Source: Candidatus Niyogibacteria bacterium
GTDB lineage: Bacteria > Patescibacteriota > Minisyncoccia > HO2-45-28
Assembly: GCA_016432485.1 (NCBI GenBank)
Contig: CP066691.1
Span: forward strand, 452,709-516,708
Length of the DNA stretch: 64,000 nucleotides
Direction of reading: 5' to 3'
Shown here: one piece after another, positions 8,820-19,227 of the stretch
Layout of the letters: the number at the start of each line of letters is the position of its first letter
Numbering within the stretch: the first letter of the stretch is position 1
The notes under the pieces: generated by a model
What the model was told of the DNA's origin: nothing
Seen by the model: only the letters and a program-made list of their open reading frames with translations
Databases searched by the model: none
Position numbers and translations under genes: made by a program

Positions 8820-10700
8820 ATGCCTTATCTGGTTTCAATAATTAAAAGAATAAAAAATAATCCCGCGCCGGCCTTATCAATTTTAATTGTTTTAGCTCTT
8901 CTGATTTTAGGGAACCAGCGCCGGCGGCCGCCCGACCGTCCGCGCTTGCCCGCGGTCATAAAAGACGGGGGGTACGGCCAATTTCTTTTTGCGGCCGCCA
9001 GATTACCCGTGGCGGGAGGCGATGAAAATAATTGGGGCGAAATTCTAAATGAATTTTTGCGAGTCAGCCACGAAGAAAACGGCGAGTTAAAACCGAGCGG
9101 TCTGGGAGATATAACCGGTCTTGGCATAGTAAACGTCAAGGAGTTTGGCGCCAAAGGCGATGGCACTACCGACGACACTTCGGCGATTCAAGCCGCGATT
9201 AATTACCGAGGCAGTGACGGCGGAATGGTTTATCTTCCGCCCGGGGTCTACCGCGTTACGAGTTCTCTGATATTTTTCAATAACAATCATATGAAATTCG
9301 CGGGCGCCGGCAAGAATCTGACGAATATATTGTGGGATGGCGGAGCGGCCGGCCCGGTGCTTGATGTCGGAAGCGTCCGAGACAGTTTTTTTGAGGGCTT
9401 CAGAATAGCCGTCCAGAGCGTTAATCTGAATCTGGCAATAAAAATACATAATGCTTCGGGCGCGACCGTATCCACAAATAATGTTTTCAGGGATATTTAC
9501 ATACACCCCACGGCTTGGGCTATAGGCGGGGGGTCTATCACCGACGGCGTCAAAATCGGAGACGGCACGGACGCCAACAATGATTTTCATAAGTTCATAA
9601 GAGTAAGTATGGGCGATATTCTTCGCGACGGATTTGTCATAGAAAACTCGTCACAAGCAAAACACATACTCTTTGAAGATTCTCATGTGGGCTCCTCAAG
9701 ATACGGCCTGCGGCAAGACGGAGGAGGAAGTTTCAAATGGGTCCGCGGCGGCATGCGCGGCCAGACCACGGCTAATTTCCACCTCGGTCAGCCGACGGAT
9801 GTCATTATGATAGACGGCATTGATGTTGAGCGTTCCGCGTCTTTTATGGACAGTTCCGGCGCCGCGTCAGATTGGGCGACCATAGTGCAGAATGTGCGCT
9901 GGGATTCTCCATCGGAGGCAAACGCGTCGGGTAAAGTTATAGAGTTTAATTTTTCCGGCCCTCTGGTGCTGATAGGAAACAGGTTTCAAAGCGGGACAAC
10001 GGACCTGATTGTAACCGGCAACACATCAACCTCGCTTGTCGCTATCGGTAATTACGTTAAAAATACGGCCACGACCAAATTTTGGTCCGGGTCGTGGAAA
10101 AGCATTGTTGCTCTCGGCAATCTGGTGGGCACTCCGTATACTTATCAAAACGCGGACGCGTCTTTCGGCGCGAATCTTTCCGTGTCCGAGGGTTCTAATT
10201 TTATCGTGCCCTCGGGCAAAATAGGAATCGGGACTTCAAACCCCCAAACCCCGCTGCATATAGTTTCTAATGCCGGAACTAAACTGGCCCTGGATCATCC
10301 CACTGCCGATTCAGGACAGGAAATATCATTTAGAGTCAACGGGGTGGATCGGGGGCTCATACAATGGTTCAACGGCGCTTTTCGTCTGCATCCAGACATA
10401 ACCGTGCTTGATCCGACAAGTCCTCCGTTTGTGGTCAACTCCTCCGGCAATGTCGGCATAGGCATCACCAGTCCAACCAGCAAACTGCATGTTGTGGGCA
10501 AAGCAACCATAACCGGCGGGATTGACCCTCCCTATGTATCATTTTCAGATGAAACGCGAGAAAGCATAATAAAACGCGCCGAAAACATTGAAGAGCACGA
10601 AAAAGTAATGATGTTCTGGAACAGCCAGACCAAAAGTATGGAGGTCTATAATATTCAGGAAGACACTTTTTATTCTGTCAGCGGTGAAAAATTGGACTAG
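8820..10700 (+). CDS. membrane-anchored beta-helix (pectate lyase 3-like) fibre/adhesin protein
   Basis: N-terminal TM; VNVKEFGAKGDGTTDDTSAIQAAI...VYLPPGVY; two GxIGIGTxxP tail-fibre-like repeats. Confidence 0.75.
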   Translation: MPYLVSIIKRIKNNPAPALSILIVLALLILGNQRRRPPDRPRLPAVIKDGGYGQFLFAAARLPVAGGDENNWGEILNEFLRVSHEENGELKPSGLGDITGLGIVNVKEFGAKGDGTTDDTSAIQAAINYRGSDGGMVYLPPGVYRVTSSLIFFNNNHMKFAGAGKNLTNILWDGGAAGPVLDVGSVRDSFFEGFRIAVQSVNLNLAIKIHNASGATVSTNNVFRDIYIHPTAWAIGGGSITDGVKIGDGTDANNDFHKFIRVSMGDILRDGFVIENSSQAKHILFEDSHVGSSRYGLRQDGGGSFKWVRGGMRGQTTANFHLGQPTDVIMIDGIDVERSASFMDSSGAASDWATIVQNVRWDSPSEANASGKVIEFNFSGPLVLIGNRFQSGTTDLIVTGNTSTSLVAIGNYVKNTATTKFWSGSWKSIVALGNLVGTPYTYQNADASFGANLSVSEGSNFIVPSGKIGIGTSNPQTPLHIVSNAGTKLALDHPTADSGQEISFRVNGVDRGLIQWFNGAFRLHPDITVLDPTSPPFVVNSSGNVGIGITSPTSKLHVVGKATITGGIDPPYVSFSDETRESIIKRAENIEEHEKVMMFWNSQTKSMEVYNIQEDTFYSVSGEKLD

Positions 10701-11842
10701 GCGGACTTTACTTCTTTTTCCACGTCGCCCAAGTACACCAAAGTCATCTTGCGCTCGTCGGGTTCAAACAGGGTTATTTGAAACGGGTAGGTTTTGCCCA
10801 ATTCTATTTTCTCGCGCATAGTATTCTCGGTTCCAAATTCCGAAATATGAACCAACCCGGCCAAACCTTCTTCTACCGCGACCAGAGCGCCGTAACGGTT
10901 CAGCCGTATGACCACACCCTGCACGATGTCGCCTTTTTTATATTTTTCTTTAGCCCTCACCCATGGGTCCGGTTCCAGAGCTTTAATGGAAAGTGAAATT
11001 TTTCCGTTTTCAATAGCGATTATCTTGGCTTTTATTTTGTCGCCTATGTTAAAAAGTGTCCTCGGGTCTTCAACCAAAGACCACGAAAGTTCGGAGATAT
11101 GAGCCAAACCTTCCAATCCCTCTTCTATTTTTAGAAAAATGCCGAAGTCGACCACGCCCGTAATTTCGCCGTCAACGATATCGCCAACCTTATATTTAGA
11201 TAAAACTTCCTTCAGCTCCTCTGTCTGAGTTTCTTTTTCCGAAAAAATAAGCTTGTCTTCTTCTTGGTCCGCGGTAATTATTGTTACCGTCAAACTTTGG
11301 CCGATCATTTTTTGGAGCTCGCCTAAAATTTTTTCTTTATCGCCTCCCTCAACTCTCGGATAATGGATTGACCTTAATTGCGAGGCCGGCAAAAAACCCT
11401 GAATCCCTTCCCATTCCATAACTAGCCCGCCTTTATTGGCTTCTTTTATTACCAATTCCAAAGGTATCTTTTTTTCAGCCAAATCCCTGGCTTCGCGCCA
11501 GACTATCTCACGGCCGGCTTCTTTCAGCGAAAGTTCAACGTATCCGTCTTCATTTTCCGGTTCAACCACTTTCGCGGTTATGCGATCGCCCATTCTGATG
11601 TTTGAAACCATGTCGCGCGCGGCCATCAATTCGCGGCCATACACGATGCCGGTGCCGACCGAACCCAAATCCACGTACAGAGCCGATTTTTTGCGGGCAA
11701 TCACCATTCCATCTATAAAATCCCCAACCTTAAGCACAGGGAAACTAACCGCCTTAAAAAGATATTCCATAGGACTTAATTCGGCCTTTTGGGGCTCTAT
11801 CAGCTGTTCGGCACTATTATTATTACTGCCATCTAAATCCAT
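10697..11842 (-). CDS. rpsA: 30S ribosomal protein S1 (four S1 domains)
   Basis: repeated S1 motifs (GFLPASQL, GLAHISELSW, GLVHISE). Confidence 0.9.
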   Translation of the reverse strand: MDLDGSNNNSAEQLIEPQKAELSPMEYLFKAVSFPVLKVGDFIDGMVIARKKSALYVDLGSVGTGIVYGRELMAARDMVSNIRMGDRITAKVVEPENEDGYVELSLKEAGREIVWREARDLAEKKIPLELVIKEANKGGLVMEWEGIQGFLPASQLRSIHYPRVEGGDKEKILGELQKMIGQSLTVTIITADQEEDKLIFSEKETQTEELKEVLSKYKVGDIVDGEITGVVDFGIFLKIEEGLEGLAHISELSWSLVEDPRTLFNIGDKIKAKIIAIENGKISLSIKALEPDPWVRAKEKYKKGDIVQGVVIRLNRYGALVAVEEGLAGLVHISEFGTENTMREKIELGKTYPFQITLFEPDERKMTLVYLGDVEKEVKSA

Positions 11843-11896
11843 AACAAAGATTATACAGTCTAGACCTTACCCCGTCAATCATCTATAATACGAGGT

Positions 11897-12532
11897 ATGG
11901 TTATCACCTACTACGGCCTGTCGTGCTTTAAAATAAGTTCGGGAGAATTTGTTTTGGTTTTTGACCCTCCGTCAAAAAAATCCTCTTTTAAATCTCCGCG
12001 CTTCAGGGCTGACGCGGTATTAATAAGCCATGACCACGCCGACCATAACGGCTACGAAATGATCTCGGACAAAGAAAACGGCAATCCGCTCAAAATAGAC
12101 GGCCCCGGGGAATACGAAATCAAAGGCATGGACATTACGGGCGTGCCTTCATTTCACGACCCTTCTTCCGGCAAAAAACTCGGCCGAAACACGATATACG
12201 CCGCGAAAATTGAGGATATAAAAATATGCCATTTGGGAGACTTCGGAGAGAAAGAACTCAGGAACGAAACTTTGGAATCCATAGGAACGGTGGATATATT
12301 ATTTTTGCCGATAGGCGGAAAAACAGTTATTGACCCGGAAAATGCCGTAAAAATAGCAAATCTTCTGGAACCGAAAATAATCATACCGATGCATTATGAA
12401 AAAAAAGAACTGTCTGATTTCCTGAAAGAGTCGGGAGTTGAAACGCTGAAACCCGAAGAAAAACTTACTTTAAAGAAAAAAGATTTGCCGGAGGGTAAGG
12501 CGGAAGTAAAGATTTTAAAACCGGCTATTTAG
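11897..12532 (+). CDS. MBL-fold metallo-hydrolase
   Basis: SHDHADH, GPGEYE, HLGD, IPMHY. Confidence 0.88.
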   Translation: MVITYYGLSCFKISSGEFVLVFDPPSKKSSFKSPRFRADAVLISHDHADHNGYEMISDKENGNPLKIDGPGEYEIKGMDITGVPSFHDPSSGKKLGRNTIYAAKIEDIKICHLGDFGEKELRNETLESIGTVDILFLPIGGKTVIDPENAVKIANLLEPKIIIPMHYEKKELSDFLKESGVETLKPEEKLTLKKKDLPEGKAEVKILKPAI

Positions 12533-12552
12533 AATAATTAGAAATTTAGTAA

Positions 12553-12786
12553 ATGAGTTTTTTAGACCAAATAGAAAAATTACAAAAAAGACCGGCGAGA
12601 TCGCGGGAGCGCATACTGGTATCAAGCGTCATCATTATTATGATTCTGATTGTCGCGGTCTGGATACAGACGACTCGCCAAAATTTTATGAATTCGCCCG
12701 TAAAAAGCGCCGAAAACCCGATAAAAACCCTCTGGAACGCCGCCAGTGAAGGATTTAAAAGCGCTATGGATCAATTGGAATTTTAA
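12553..12786 (+). CDS. small single-TM hypothetical protein
   Basis: fills the gap between operon genes; one TM. Confidence 0.6.
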   Translation: MSFLDQIEKLQKRPARSRERILVSSVIIIMILIVAVWIQTTRQNFMNSPVKSAENPIKTLWNAASEGFKSAMDQLEF

Positions 12787-12795
12787 TCTTTTCAA

Positions 12796-15237
12796 ATGCC
12801 GGAACACAATCAAAATAAAATTGAGCCCAGAGACATCGTGCGTGAAATGCGCGAGTCGTACTTAGATTACGCGATGTCGGTTATTGTTTCGCGCGCCTTG
12901 CCCGACGTTCGCGACGGGCTCAAACCCGTTCATCGCCGGATTTTATACACCATGCACGAGATGGGGCTCACTTCCGGCGCCAAATTCAGAAAGTCGGCGG
13001 CCATAACCGGAGATGTCATGGGTAAATATCATCCGCACGGTGATGCGGCAATTTACGACACGCTGGTGCGCATGGCTCAACCGTGGGCAATGCGCTATCC
13101 CCTGATTAACGGTCAAGGTAATTTCGGGAACATTGATGGCGATTCTGCCGCGGCAATGAGGTATACCGAAGCCAGAATGAGCTCAATCTCGTCTGAAATG
13201 CTTAAAGATATTGAAAAAGAAACTGTTGATTTTCAGCCAACTTATGACGGTACAAGGCAAGAGCCAAAACTTCTCCCCTCGGCTATTCCGCAATTATTAC
13301 TGAATGGCTCTTTGGGCATCGCGGTCGGAATGGCCACCAATATCCCGCCGCACAATTTAAACGAAGTCGTAAGCGCTACTCGACATCTGATAGACCACCC
13401 CAAAGCCACAACCGAGGATTTGGTGAAATTCGTGCAAGGCCCAGATTTTCCGACCGGCGGCCTTATTTTTAATAAAGACGAAATCCATCAGGCCTACGCC
13501 ACGGGACGCGGCGGTGTTATCAACCGAGGCGAAGCTGAAATTGTTGAAAAAAAGCAGGGACAGTTTCAAATTATAGTCAGTTCTATCCCTTATCAAGTAA
13601 ATAAATCCGAACTGATAATAAAGATCGCGGAACTTGTGCGCGAGAAAAAGATAGAAGGCATCCGCGACGTCAGAGACGAATCGGACAAAGAAGGTCTGCG
13701 CGTGGTTATTGACCTTAAACAAGACGCTTTCGCCCAAAAAATTCTGAACAACCTATACAAACACACCGATCTTGAACGAACATATCACTTTAACATGCTG
13801 GCGCTGGTGGACGGCATTCAGCCGCAGATATTATCGCTTAAAGGATTTCTTGAAAAATTCATAGAGCATAGGCAAATTATTGTTGAAAGACGAACGCGCT
13901 TTGAACTTAAAAAAACAGAAGACCGCGTCCACATATTAGAGGGCCTGTCGCGCGCCCTTGACCATATAGACGCGATAATTAAAACCATAAAATCTTCAGC
14001 TGATCGTGAAACGGCAAAAAAGAACCTTGTTAAAAAATTCTCTTTTTCGGAGCGGCAGGCCGACGCCATACTGGAAATGCGCCTCTCGGCGCTTGCTAAT
14101 CTTGAGCGCCAAAAAATCACGGACGAATTAAAAGAAAAACAGAAACTCATCCGCGATCTTAAAGCTTTGCTGAAAAACCCGGCGCTTATTCTTGAGGTAA
14201 TCAAAAAAGAGCTTGAGGACATAAAAAATAAATACGGCGACGAACGCAAAACCAAAGTCATTTTAAGCGCGGCCAAATCGTTCAAAGCCGAAGACCTGAT
14301 ACCTGAATCCGAACAGGTAATGGTTCTGACTAAGGGCGGCTATGTCAAAAGGGTCAATCCCGAAGAATATCGCCTGCAAAAACGGGGCGGCAAAGGCTTA
14401 ATAGGCGCGGAGATTAAAGAAGAGGATGTGGTCAGCGTTTTTCTTTCGGCCAACACGCACGACGACCTTCTATTTTTCTCGTCTTTGGGCAAAGTATATC
14501 AAACAAAAATGTATGATGTTCCCGAAGGAAAGCGAACGTCAAAAGGCAAATCCGTGCTGAACATCCTGCCGCTTACGCAAACCGAGGAAATCACATCGGT
14601 CTTGGCGCTTCCCAAAACCAAAAAAGGAGAAAAAATATTTTTGGTTATGATTACGGCGCTTGGTATAATAAAAAAGGTGGAGCCGCATAATTTTGAGGGG
14701 GTCAGGCGTTCCGGCATAATAGCCATTCGCCTTCAAAAAGGAGATTCGCTGAGATGGGTAAGGCTGGCCGGAACCAAAGACCACGTTATTCTTGCCACCA
14801 AACTCGGCAAAGCCATTAGATTTAAAGAATCGGACGCAAGGCCGATGGGCAGGAATGCCGCGGGCGTGAAAGCCATGAGAATCGGCAAAAAAGACGAATT
14901 GATAGGAGCTGACGTCATATCGGCTCAGGAAAAAAACGCTCACCTCTTAGTAATGAGCTCCGAGGGATTCGGCAAAAGGACAAATGTGAAAAATTACAGA
15001 CTGCAGAAACGCGGGGGCTCCGGCGTAAAAACCGCGAAAATAACTTCAAAGACCGGACCATTAATGTCGGCTAAGGTTATTTATCCCGAACTGGAAGAAT
15101 TAATCGCCATTTCCCAAAAAGGCCAGGTCATCAAAACCGAGCTTAAGAGCATCCCCGAACTTGGCCGCGATACCCAGGGAGTGCGAATAATGAGACTGGA
15201 TAATAAAGACGCCATCGCTTCGCTCACATGTTTGTAA
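12796..15237 (+). CDS. gyrA: DNA gyrase subunit A
   Basis: [31 protein letters not shown], GyrA box QKRGGKG. Confidence 0.98.
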   Translation: MPEHNQNKIEPRDIVREMRESYLDYAMSVIVSRALPDVRDGLKPVHRRILYTMHEMGLTSGAKFRKSAAITGDVMGKYHPHGDAAIYDTLVRMAQPWAMRYPLINGQGNFGNIDGDSAAAMRYTEARMSSISSEMLKDIEKETVDFQPTYDGTRQEPKLLPSAIPQLLLNGSLGIAVGMATNIPPHNLNEVVSATRHLIDHPKATTEDLVKFVQGPDFPTGGLIFNKDEIHQAYATGRGGVINRGEAEIVEKKQGQFQIIVSSIPYQVNKSELIIKIAELVREKKIEGIRDVRDESDKEGLRVVIDLKQDAFAQKILNNLYKHTDLERTYHFNMLALVDGIQPQILSLKGFLEKFIEHRQIIVERRTRFELKKTEDRVHILEGLSRALDHIDAIIKTIKSSADRETAKKNLVKKFSFSERQADAILEMRLSALANLERQKITDELKEKQKLIRDLKALLKNPALILEVIKKELEDIKNKYGDERKTKVILSAAKSFKAEDLIPESEQVMVLTKGGYVKRVNPEEYRLQKRGGKGLIGAEIKEEDVVSVFLSANTHDDLLFFSSLGKVYQTKMYDVPEGKRTSKGKSVLNILPLTQTEEITSVLALPKTKKGEKIFLVMITALGIIKKVEPHNFEGVRRSGIIAIRLQKGDSLRWVRLAGTKDHVILATKLGKAIRFKESDARPMGRNAAGVKAMRIGKKDELIGADVISAQEKNAHLLVMSSEGFGKRTNVKNYRLQKRGGSGVKTAKITSKTGPLMSAKVIYPELEELIAISQKGQVIKTELKSIPELGRDTQGVRIMRLDNKDAIASLTCL

Positions 15238-15755
15238 ATCCGGAACAAACAATAAAATCAATGGGAATAAAATACGGCATGCAGGTGGCCGATTTCGGAA
15301 GTGGAACCGGTTTTTATACCGTCCCCCTGGCCCGGGCAGTCGGGCCTTCAGGAAAAGTTTACGCTTTGGATGCGCAGCCGGAAATGCTGGAGCTTACGCG
15401 CTCAAAGGCCCGCGAATCGCGTCTGCTGAATATAGCGGCAATGCGGGTTGACCTTGAGAGTCCCAGGGGGTCCAAACTTGCCGAAAACACGATGGATTTT
15501 GTACTCATATCCAATATCCTTTTTCAAGCCGAAGACAAGCCGGCACTTTTAAAAGAAGCTTTCCGAATTTTAAAAAATGGGGGCGAGGTCGCGGTGATTG
15601 AATGGAGTTCATTCGGCAGCGCAGCAGGGCCCCGGACAGAAAAAATAGTACCGCGGGAAGCCGCGGAAAAACTCCTGGATGATTCCGGTTTCAAACGAAT
15701 TAAAGAATTTAACGCGGGAGACAATCATTACGGTTTGCTGTACGGCAAACCATAA
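15228..15755 (+). CDS. class I SAM-dependent methyltransferase
   Basis: VADFGSGTG motif I. Confidence 0.88.
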   Translation: MFVNPEQTIKSMGIKYGMQVADFGSGTGFYTVPLARAVGPSGKVYALDAQPEMLELTRSKARESRLLNIAAMRVDLESPRGSKLAENTMDFVLISNILFQAEDKPALLKEAFRILKNGGEVAVIEWSSFGSAAGPRTEKIVPREAAEKLLDDSGFKRIKEFNAGDNHYGLLYGKP

Positions 15756-15850
15756 TAACTAATTTCTAATTGACCTAATTAATCTAAAAACTCTACGATT
15801 AAAACACAAAACATAGGAACCAAAATACAAATAATCAGAAATTTTACGAA

Positions 15851-17137
15851 ATGAATACTTTGCAAATCATCATAATCATTTTCTCAATCATCATCGCGGT
15901 GGCGGCTTTGCTGATTTTTTCCGGCATCTTACCGGGTTTCGGACCAAACGCCCCGGGGCAAACCGGAGAAATTTCTTTTTGGGGAACACTGCCTTCCGAA
16001 AATTTGTCGCCGGTTTTGAATGATTTCAGCCAGCGTTTCAAAAATATAAAAGTGGATTATCGCGAAATAGACCCCAAAATTTATATTGAAGAACTGATAA
16101 GCGCTTTGGCTTCTGGTCTTGGTCCGGATGTTTTTCTCCTGCCTCAAGACCAGATAATAAAACAAAAAGATTTGGTGTTCGCGCTTGATTCAACAACTTA
16201 TCCTTTGCGCGTTTTTCGCGACAACTTCGCGGACCTTGCCAATCTTTACGCGCGCCCGGAAGGCATTGTCGGCTTGCCTTTCTACATAGACCCCCTGGTC
16301 CTCTATTGGAATCGCGACCTTTTTAGAAACGCGGGACTGGTGCTTCCGCCGCGGTTCTGGGATGAATTTTCAGAATCAGCCAAAAATTTGACAATTCGCG
16401 ACGGACAGAAAATAACGCAGTCAGGCGCGGCTATGGGCGAATTTTCAAACATTTCGCAGGCAAAAGACATTCTGGCGTTATTGATACTGCAGACGGGCAA
16501 TAAAATAACAAATCCCGAAACTCTTCGCTCTGTTTTTGCCGAACGCGCCGCAGAAGCCTTGAGTCCGGCCGAAACCGCTCTTTTATTTTTTGTGAGTTTT
16601 TCGGACCCGATTAAAGAAACTTATAGCTGGAACAAGGCTCAGGGCGAAGCAATTGAAGCCTTCGGAGGAGGGCGGCTGGCTATGTATATCGGATACGCTT
16701 CCGAAATTGAACAAATCCTGGCTTTAAATCCGCACCTTGATTTTGACGCAAGCGAAGTTCCGCAGATAAGGGGCGGAAAACTAAGCGCCTCATACGGCCG
16801 AAGCTCGGCTTTGGCCATAAGCCGACAAAGCGCAAACAAAACAACGGCTTTTACTTTTATTTATGAATTAACCGGTCTTAATGCCCAAAATTTGCTGGCT
16901 AAAAATTCATTTTTAGCGCCCGCGTTAAGAAGCGCTCTGGCCGAAAAACAGGAAAATCCGATACTTGATGTTTTTTATAAATCGGCCGTAAAATCGCTCG
17001 GCTGGCTGGATCCGGACCCGGTCCAAACTAAAAATATATGGCGGGAAATGACTTCGTCTGTCGTTTCGGGCATCAAAAGAATAAATCAAGCGGTAACGGA
17101 AGCCCAAAGAAAATTTGAAACTTTAATGCCCAGATAA
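15851..17137 (+). CDS. membrane-anchored extracellular solute-binding protein (family 1-like)
   Basis: N-terminal TM; GPDVF, LPFYIDPLVLYWNRDLF, PPRFWDEF. Confidence 0.8.
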   Translation: MNTLQIIIIIFSIIIAVAALLIFSGILPGFGPNAPGQTGEISFWGTLPSENLSPVLNDFSQRFKNIKVDYREIDPKIYIEELISALASGLGPDVFLLPQDQIIKQKDLVFALDSTTYPLRVFRDNFADLANLYARPEGIVGLPFYIDPLVLYWNRDLFRNAGLVLPPRFWDEFSESAKNLTIRDGQKITQSGAAMGEFSNISQAKDILALLILQTGNKITNPETLRSVFAERAAEALSPAETALLFFVSFSDPIKETYSWNKAQGEAIEAFGGGRLAMYIGYASEIEQILALNPHLDFDASEVPQIRGGKLSASYGRSSALAISRQSANKTTAFTFIYELTGLNAQNLLAKNSFLAPALRSALAEKQENPILDVFYKSAVKSLGWLDPDPVQTKNIWREMTSSVVSGIKRINQAVTEAQRKFETLMPR

Positions 17138-17144
17138 AACTAAA

Positions 17145-17612
17145 ATGAAACTTTTTAACTTTTCAACTCTTAAACCTTTTAACTCTTTAACCTTTAAACT
17201 TTTTAACCTTTTAACCTTTATCTCTTTGGGCTTTATTGTTGCCGTCTTTTTGCCGTCTTTCGCTTTAGCTCAACAGCCGCTTGTCCCTTGCGGCGGCCCG
17301 GGACAGCCCTGTACTTTCTGCCATTTAATGGAGCTTGCGAATAGAGTCGTCAAGTTTGGCTTCAACTTCCTTATCCTGCCGTTGGCTGCCCTAGGAATAC
17401 TGGCTTCCGGCCTAACCTTGCTTACTGCCGGCGGGTCCCAAACCCAGCTGGAAAAGGGCAAGTCAATGCTCAAAGCCATCATCATCGGCTTCTTTATTGC
17501 CGTTTCGGCTTGGGTTATAATAAATACTATACTCGGAACATTAGTACAAGAAGGGCAGTTCTTTAATCCGTTAACGGAACCATTTCCGGCATGCGTTACC
17601 CCGAGGAACTAG
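17145..17612 (+). CDS. VirB2/TrbC-like pilin with Cys-rich N-terminal loop
   Basis: ALA|QQPLVPCGGPGQPCTFC; TM-AGG..EKGK-TM pattern. Confidence 0.75.
   Translation: MKLFNFSTLKPFNSLTFKLFNLLTFISLGFIVAVFLPSFALAQQPLVPCGGPGQPCTFCHLMELANRVVKFGFNFLILPLAALGILASGLTLLTAGGSQTQLEKGKSMLKAIIIGFFIAVSAWVIINTILGTLVQEGQFFNPLTEPFPACVTPRN
17148..17219 (+). repeat. nine degenerate octamer units (NAACYYTT-like) right after the pilin ATG
   Basis: aaactttt taactttt caactctt aaaccttt taactctt taaccttt aaactttt taaccttt taaccttt. Confidence 0.85.
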
Positions 17613-17647
17613 AAGCATTACAAGGAGGCGCTTTTCGTTAAAATTTC

Positions 17648-18016
17648 ATGCAAAAACTTATTCACAAAATATTAAAAGGCATTTTGCTCAAATTGGGCGT
17701 TTTTTCTATAATAATAGAGGTGGCTTTGACAAAATCGGTTTTTGCCCAAACCCTTGAAAATCCGTTGGGCGAGACAAAAACTTTCGGCGAAGTCATTGAA
17801 AACTTGGCTCGGGCCGTCGCCTATGTTGGGGTGCCGATGGCCGGCATTTTCATAATCTATTCCGGATTTTTGTTCGTGACCGCTCGCGGTTCGGAAGACC
17901 AGCTGAAAAAAGCCAAAACAACTTTTTATTGGACAATCATCGGAACTATCCTGATTGTGGGCGCCTGGGCAATTGCTTCTGCTCTTAATGAATTCGCGAC
18001 AGGTTTACAAGGATAA
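17648..18016 (+). CDS. VirB2/TrbC-like pilin
   Basis: VFA|QTLENPL; IIYSGFLFVTARGSEDQLKKAK..FYWTIIG. Confidence 0.8.
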   Translation: MQKLIHKILKGILLKLGVFSIIIEVALTKSVFAQTLENPLGETKTFGEVIENLARAVAYVGVPMAGIFIIYSGFLFVTARGSEDQLKKAKTTFYWTIIGTILIVGAWAIASALNEFATGLQG

Positions 18017-18115
18017 CTTTTAACGGCTAGCCATCGATTAAACATCGGGGGTTAGCGGTTGAAAATTATAAATCAAATAAAGGTCGTTAAATTTTAAAAC
18101 TTTATAAGACAAATT

Positions 18116-18472
18116 ATGGAAAAAATCAAAAAAATTATGATTGGCGTCGGCAGCGCGGGAATATTAGGCCTGCCCACGCTGGTCTTTGCCGTAACAACAT
18201 TTGATGCTTTTCTCACAAACATTAAAACCCAGATTAACAGAATTATACCAATAATCACAGCAATTGCCGCTTTAGTTTTCTTATGGGGGGTCGTAACTTA
18301 TATAATGTCCGCCGGAGACGAAGAAAAAAGAAAAGAAGCGAGACAATTCATAATCTGGGGTCTTGTTGGATTTGCCATCATTGTTGGTATTTGGGGGCTG
18401 ATTAATATAGCTGTAAACGCCCTTGGAATAGAAACTGGTGGAACTATTACGCCTCCAAGTGTCAGATTCTAA
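18116..18472 (+). CDS. VirB2/TrbC-like pilin
   Basis: FLWGVVTYIMSAGDEEKRKEARQFIIWGLVG. Confidence 0.8.
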   Translation: MEKIKKIMIGVGSAGILGLPTLVFAVTTFDAFLTNIKTQINRIIPIITAIAALVFLWGVVTYIMSAGDEEKRKEARQFIIWGLVGFAIIVGIWGLINIAVNALGIETGGTITPPSVRF

Positions 18473-18481
18473 TAAAAATCG

Positions 18482-18730
18482 GTGACTTCCAATAATTTCC
18501 TGCAAAAACTAGCCGATCAGATAATAAACCCGCTAATTGTCATTTTCATCGGAATCGCTTTAATTGTTTTTATCTGGGGCATTGTGGAATTCATCGCCAA
18601 AGCCGGAAGCGAGGATGCCAAAACCACCGGTAAGAAACACATGCTTTGGGGGATTATCGGAATGGCGATAATGATAGGCGTAGCGGGTATAATCAATATC
18701 CTTTCAAGTCTGTTTGAAAGCGGCCAGTAA
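18482..18730 (+). CDS. VirB2/TrbC-like pilin (short)
   Basis: FIWGIVEFIAKAGSEDAKTTGKKHMLWGIIG. Confidence 0.75.
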   Translation: MTSNNFLQKLADQIINPLIVIFIGIALIVFIWGIVEFIAKAGSEDAKTTGKKHMLWGIIGMAIMIGVAGIINILSSLFESGQ

Positions 18731-18747
18731 ATAAATAAACGGTGAAA

Positions 18748-18785
18748 CAAACCAAAAAACCCGACACATCGGGTTTTTTGGTTTT
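18748..18785. terminator. bidirectional intrinsic terminator
   Basis: AAACCAAAAAACCCGA-CACA-TCGGGTTTTTTGGTTT between convergent genes. Confidence 0.8.
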
Positions 18786-19227
18786 AAAATATTTTTCCTT
18801 GTTCTTTTTTGTCTAGTTCAATATTTACCAATCGGTCGGCTTCGCGGTTTTTTTCGCGAGGCACCGCGAAAAAAGAAATTTCTTCAAAATCCTGCTTTAA
18901 ATTCCAAATTTTAATAAAAAGCGGAAAAAGACGCTCTTCTTCAATTTTATATCTGGCGTTTAGCTGGTTGTACACCAATTCAGAATCCAGATATATCTCA
19001 ACTTCAGAGTTTTTAATCTTTTCCTTGCCAAAAATCTGTTTAGCTTTTTTCATAGCGAAAATAACCGCCTCGTATTCGGCTTCGTTATTCGTTCGCGTCC
19101 CTAAAAATTCGCTATATTTTTTGTCCTTGCCTCCTCCGCGGATAACGACACCCAAAGCGGAGGGCCCCGGATTGCCCCTGGATCCTCCGTCAGCGTTTAT
19201 GGTAATTTTTAATTCGTTTTTTCGCAT
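18784..19227 (-). CDS. rnhA: ribonuclease HI family protein
   Basis: DGGSRGNPGP, TNNEAEY, DSELV, VPREKNREAD. Confidence 0.9.
   Translation of the reverse strand: MRKNELKITINADGGSRGNPGPSALGVVIRGGGKDKKYSEFLGTRTNNEAEYEAVIFAMKKAKQIFGKEKIKNSEVEIYLDSELVYNQLNARYKIEEERLFPLFIKIWNLKQDFEEISFFAVPREKNREADRLVNIELDKKEQGKIF

Noticed and set aside
8820-10700. Prophage inferred from the tailspike-like gene
   Set aside because: No capsid, terminase, portal or integrase nearby; the protein has an N-terminal membrane anchor
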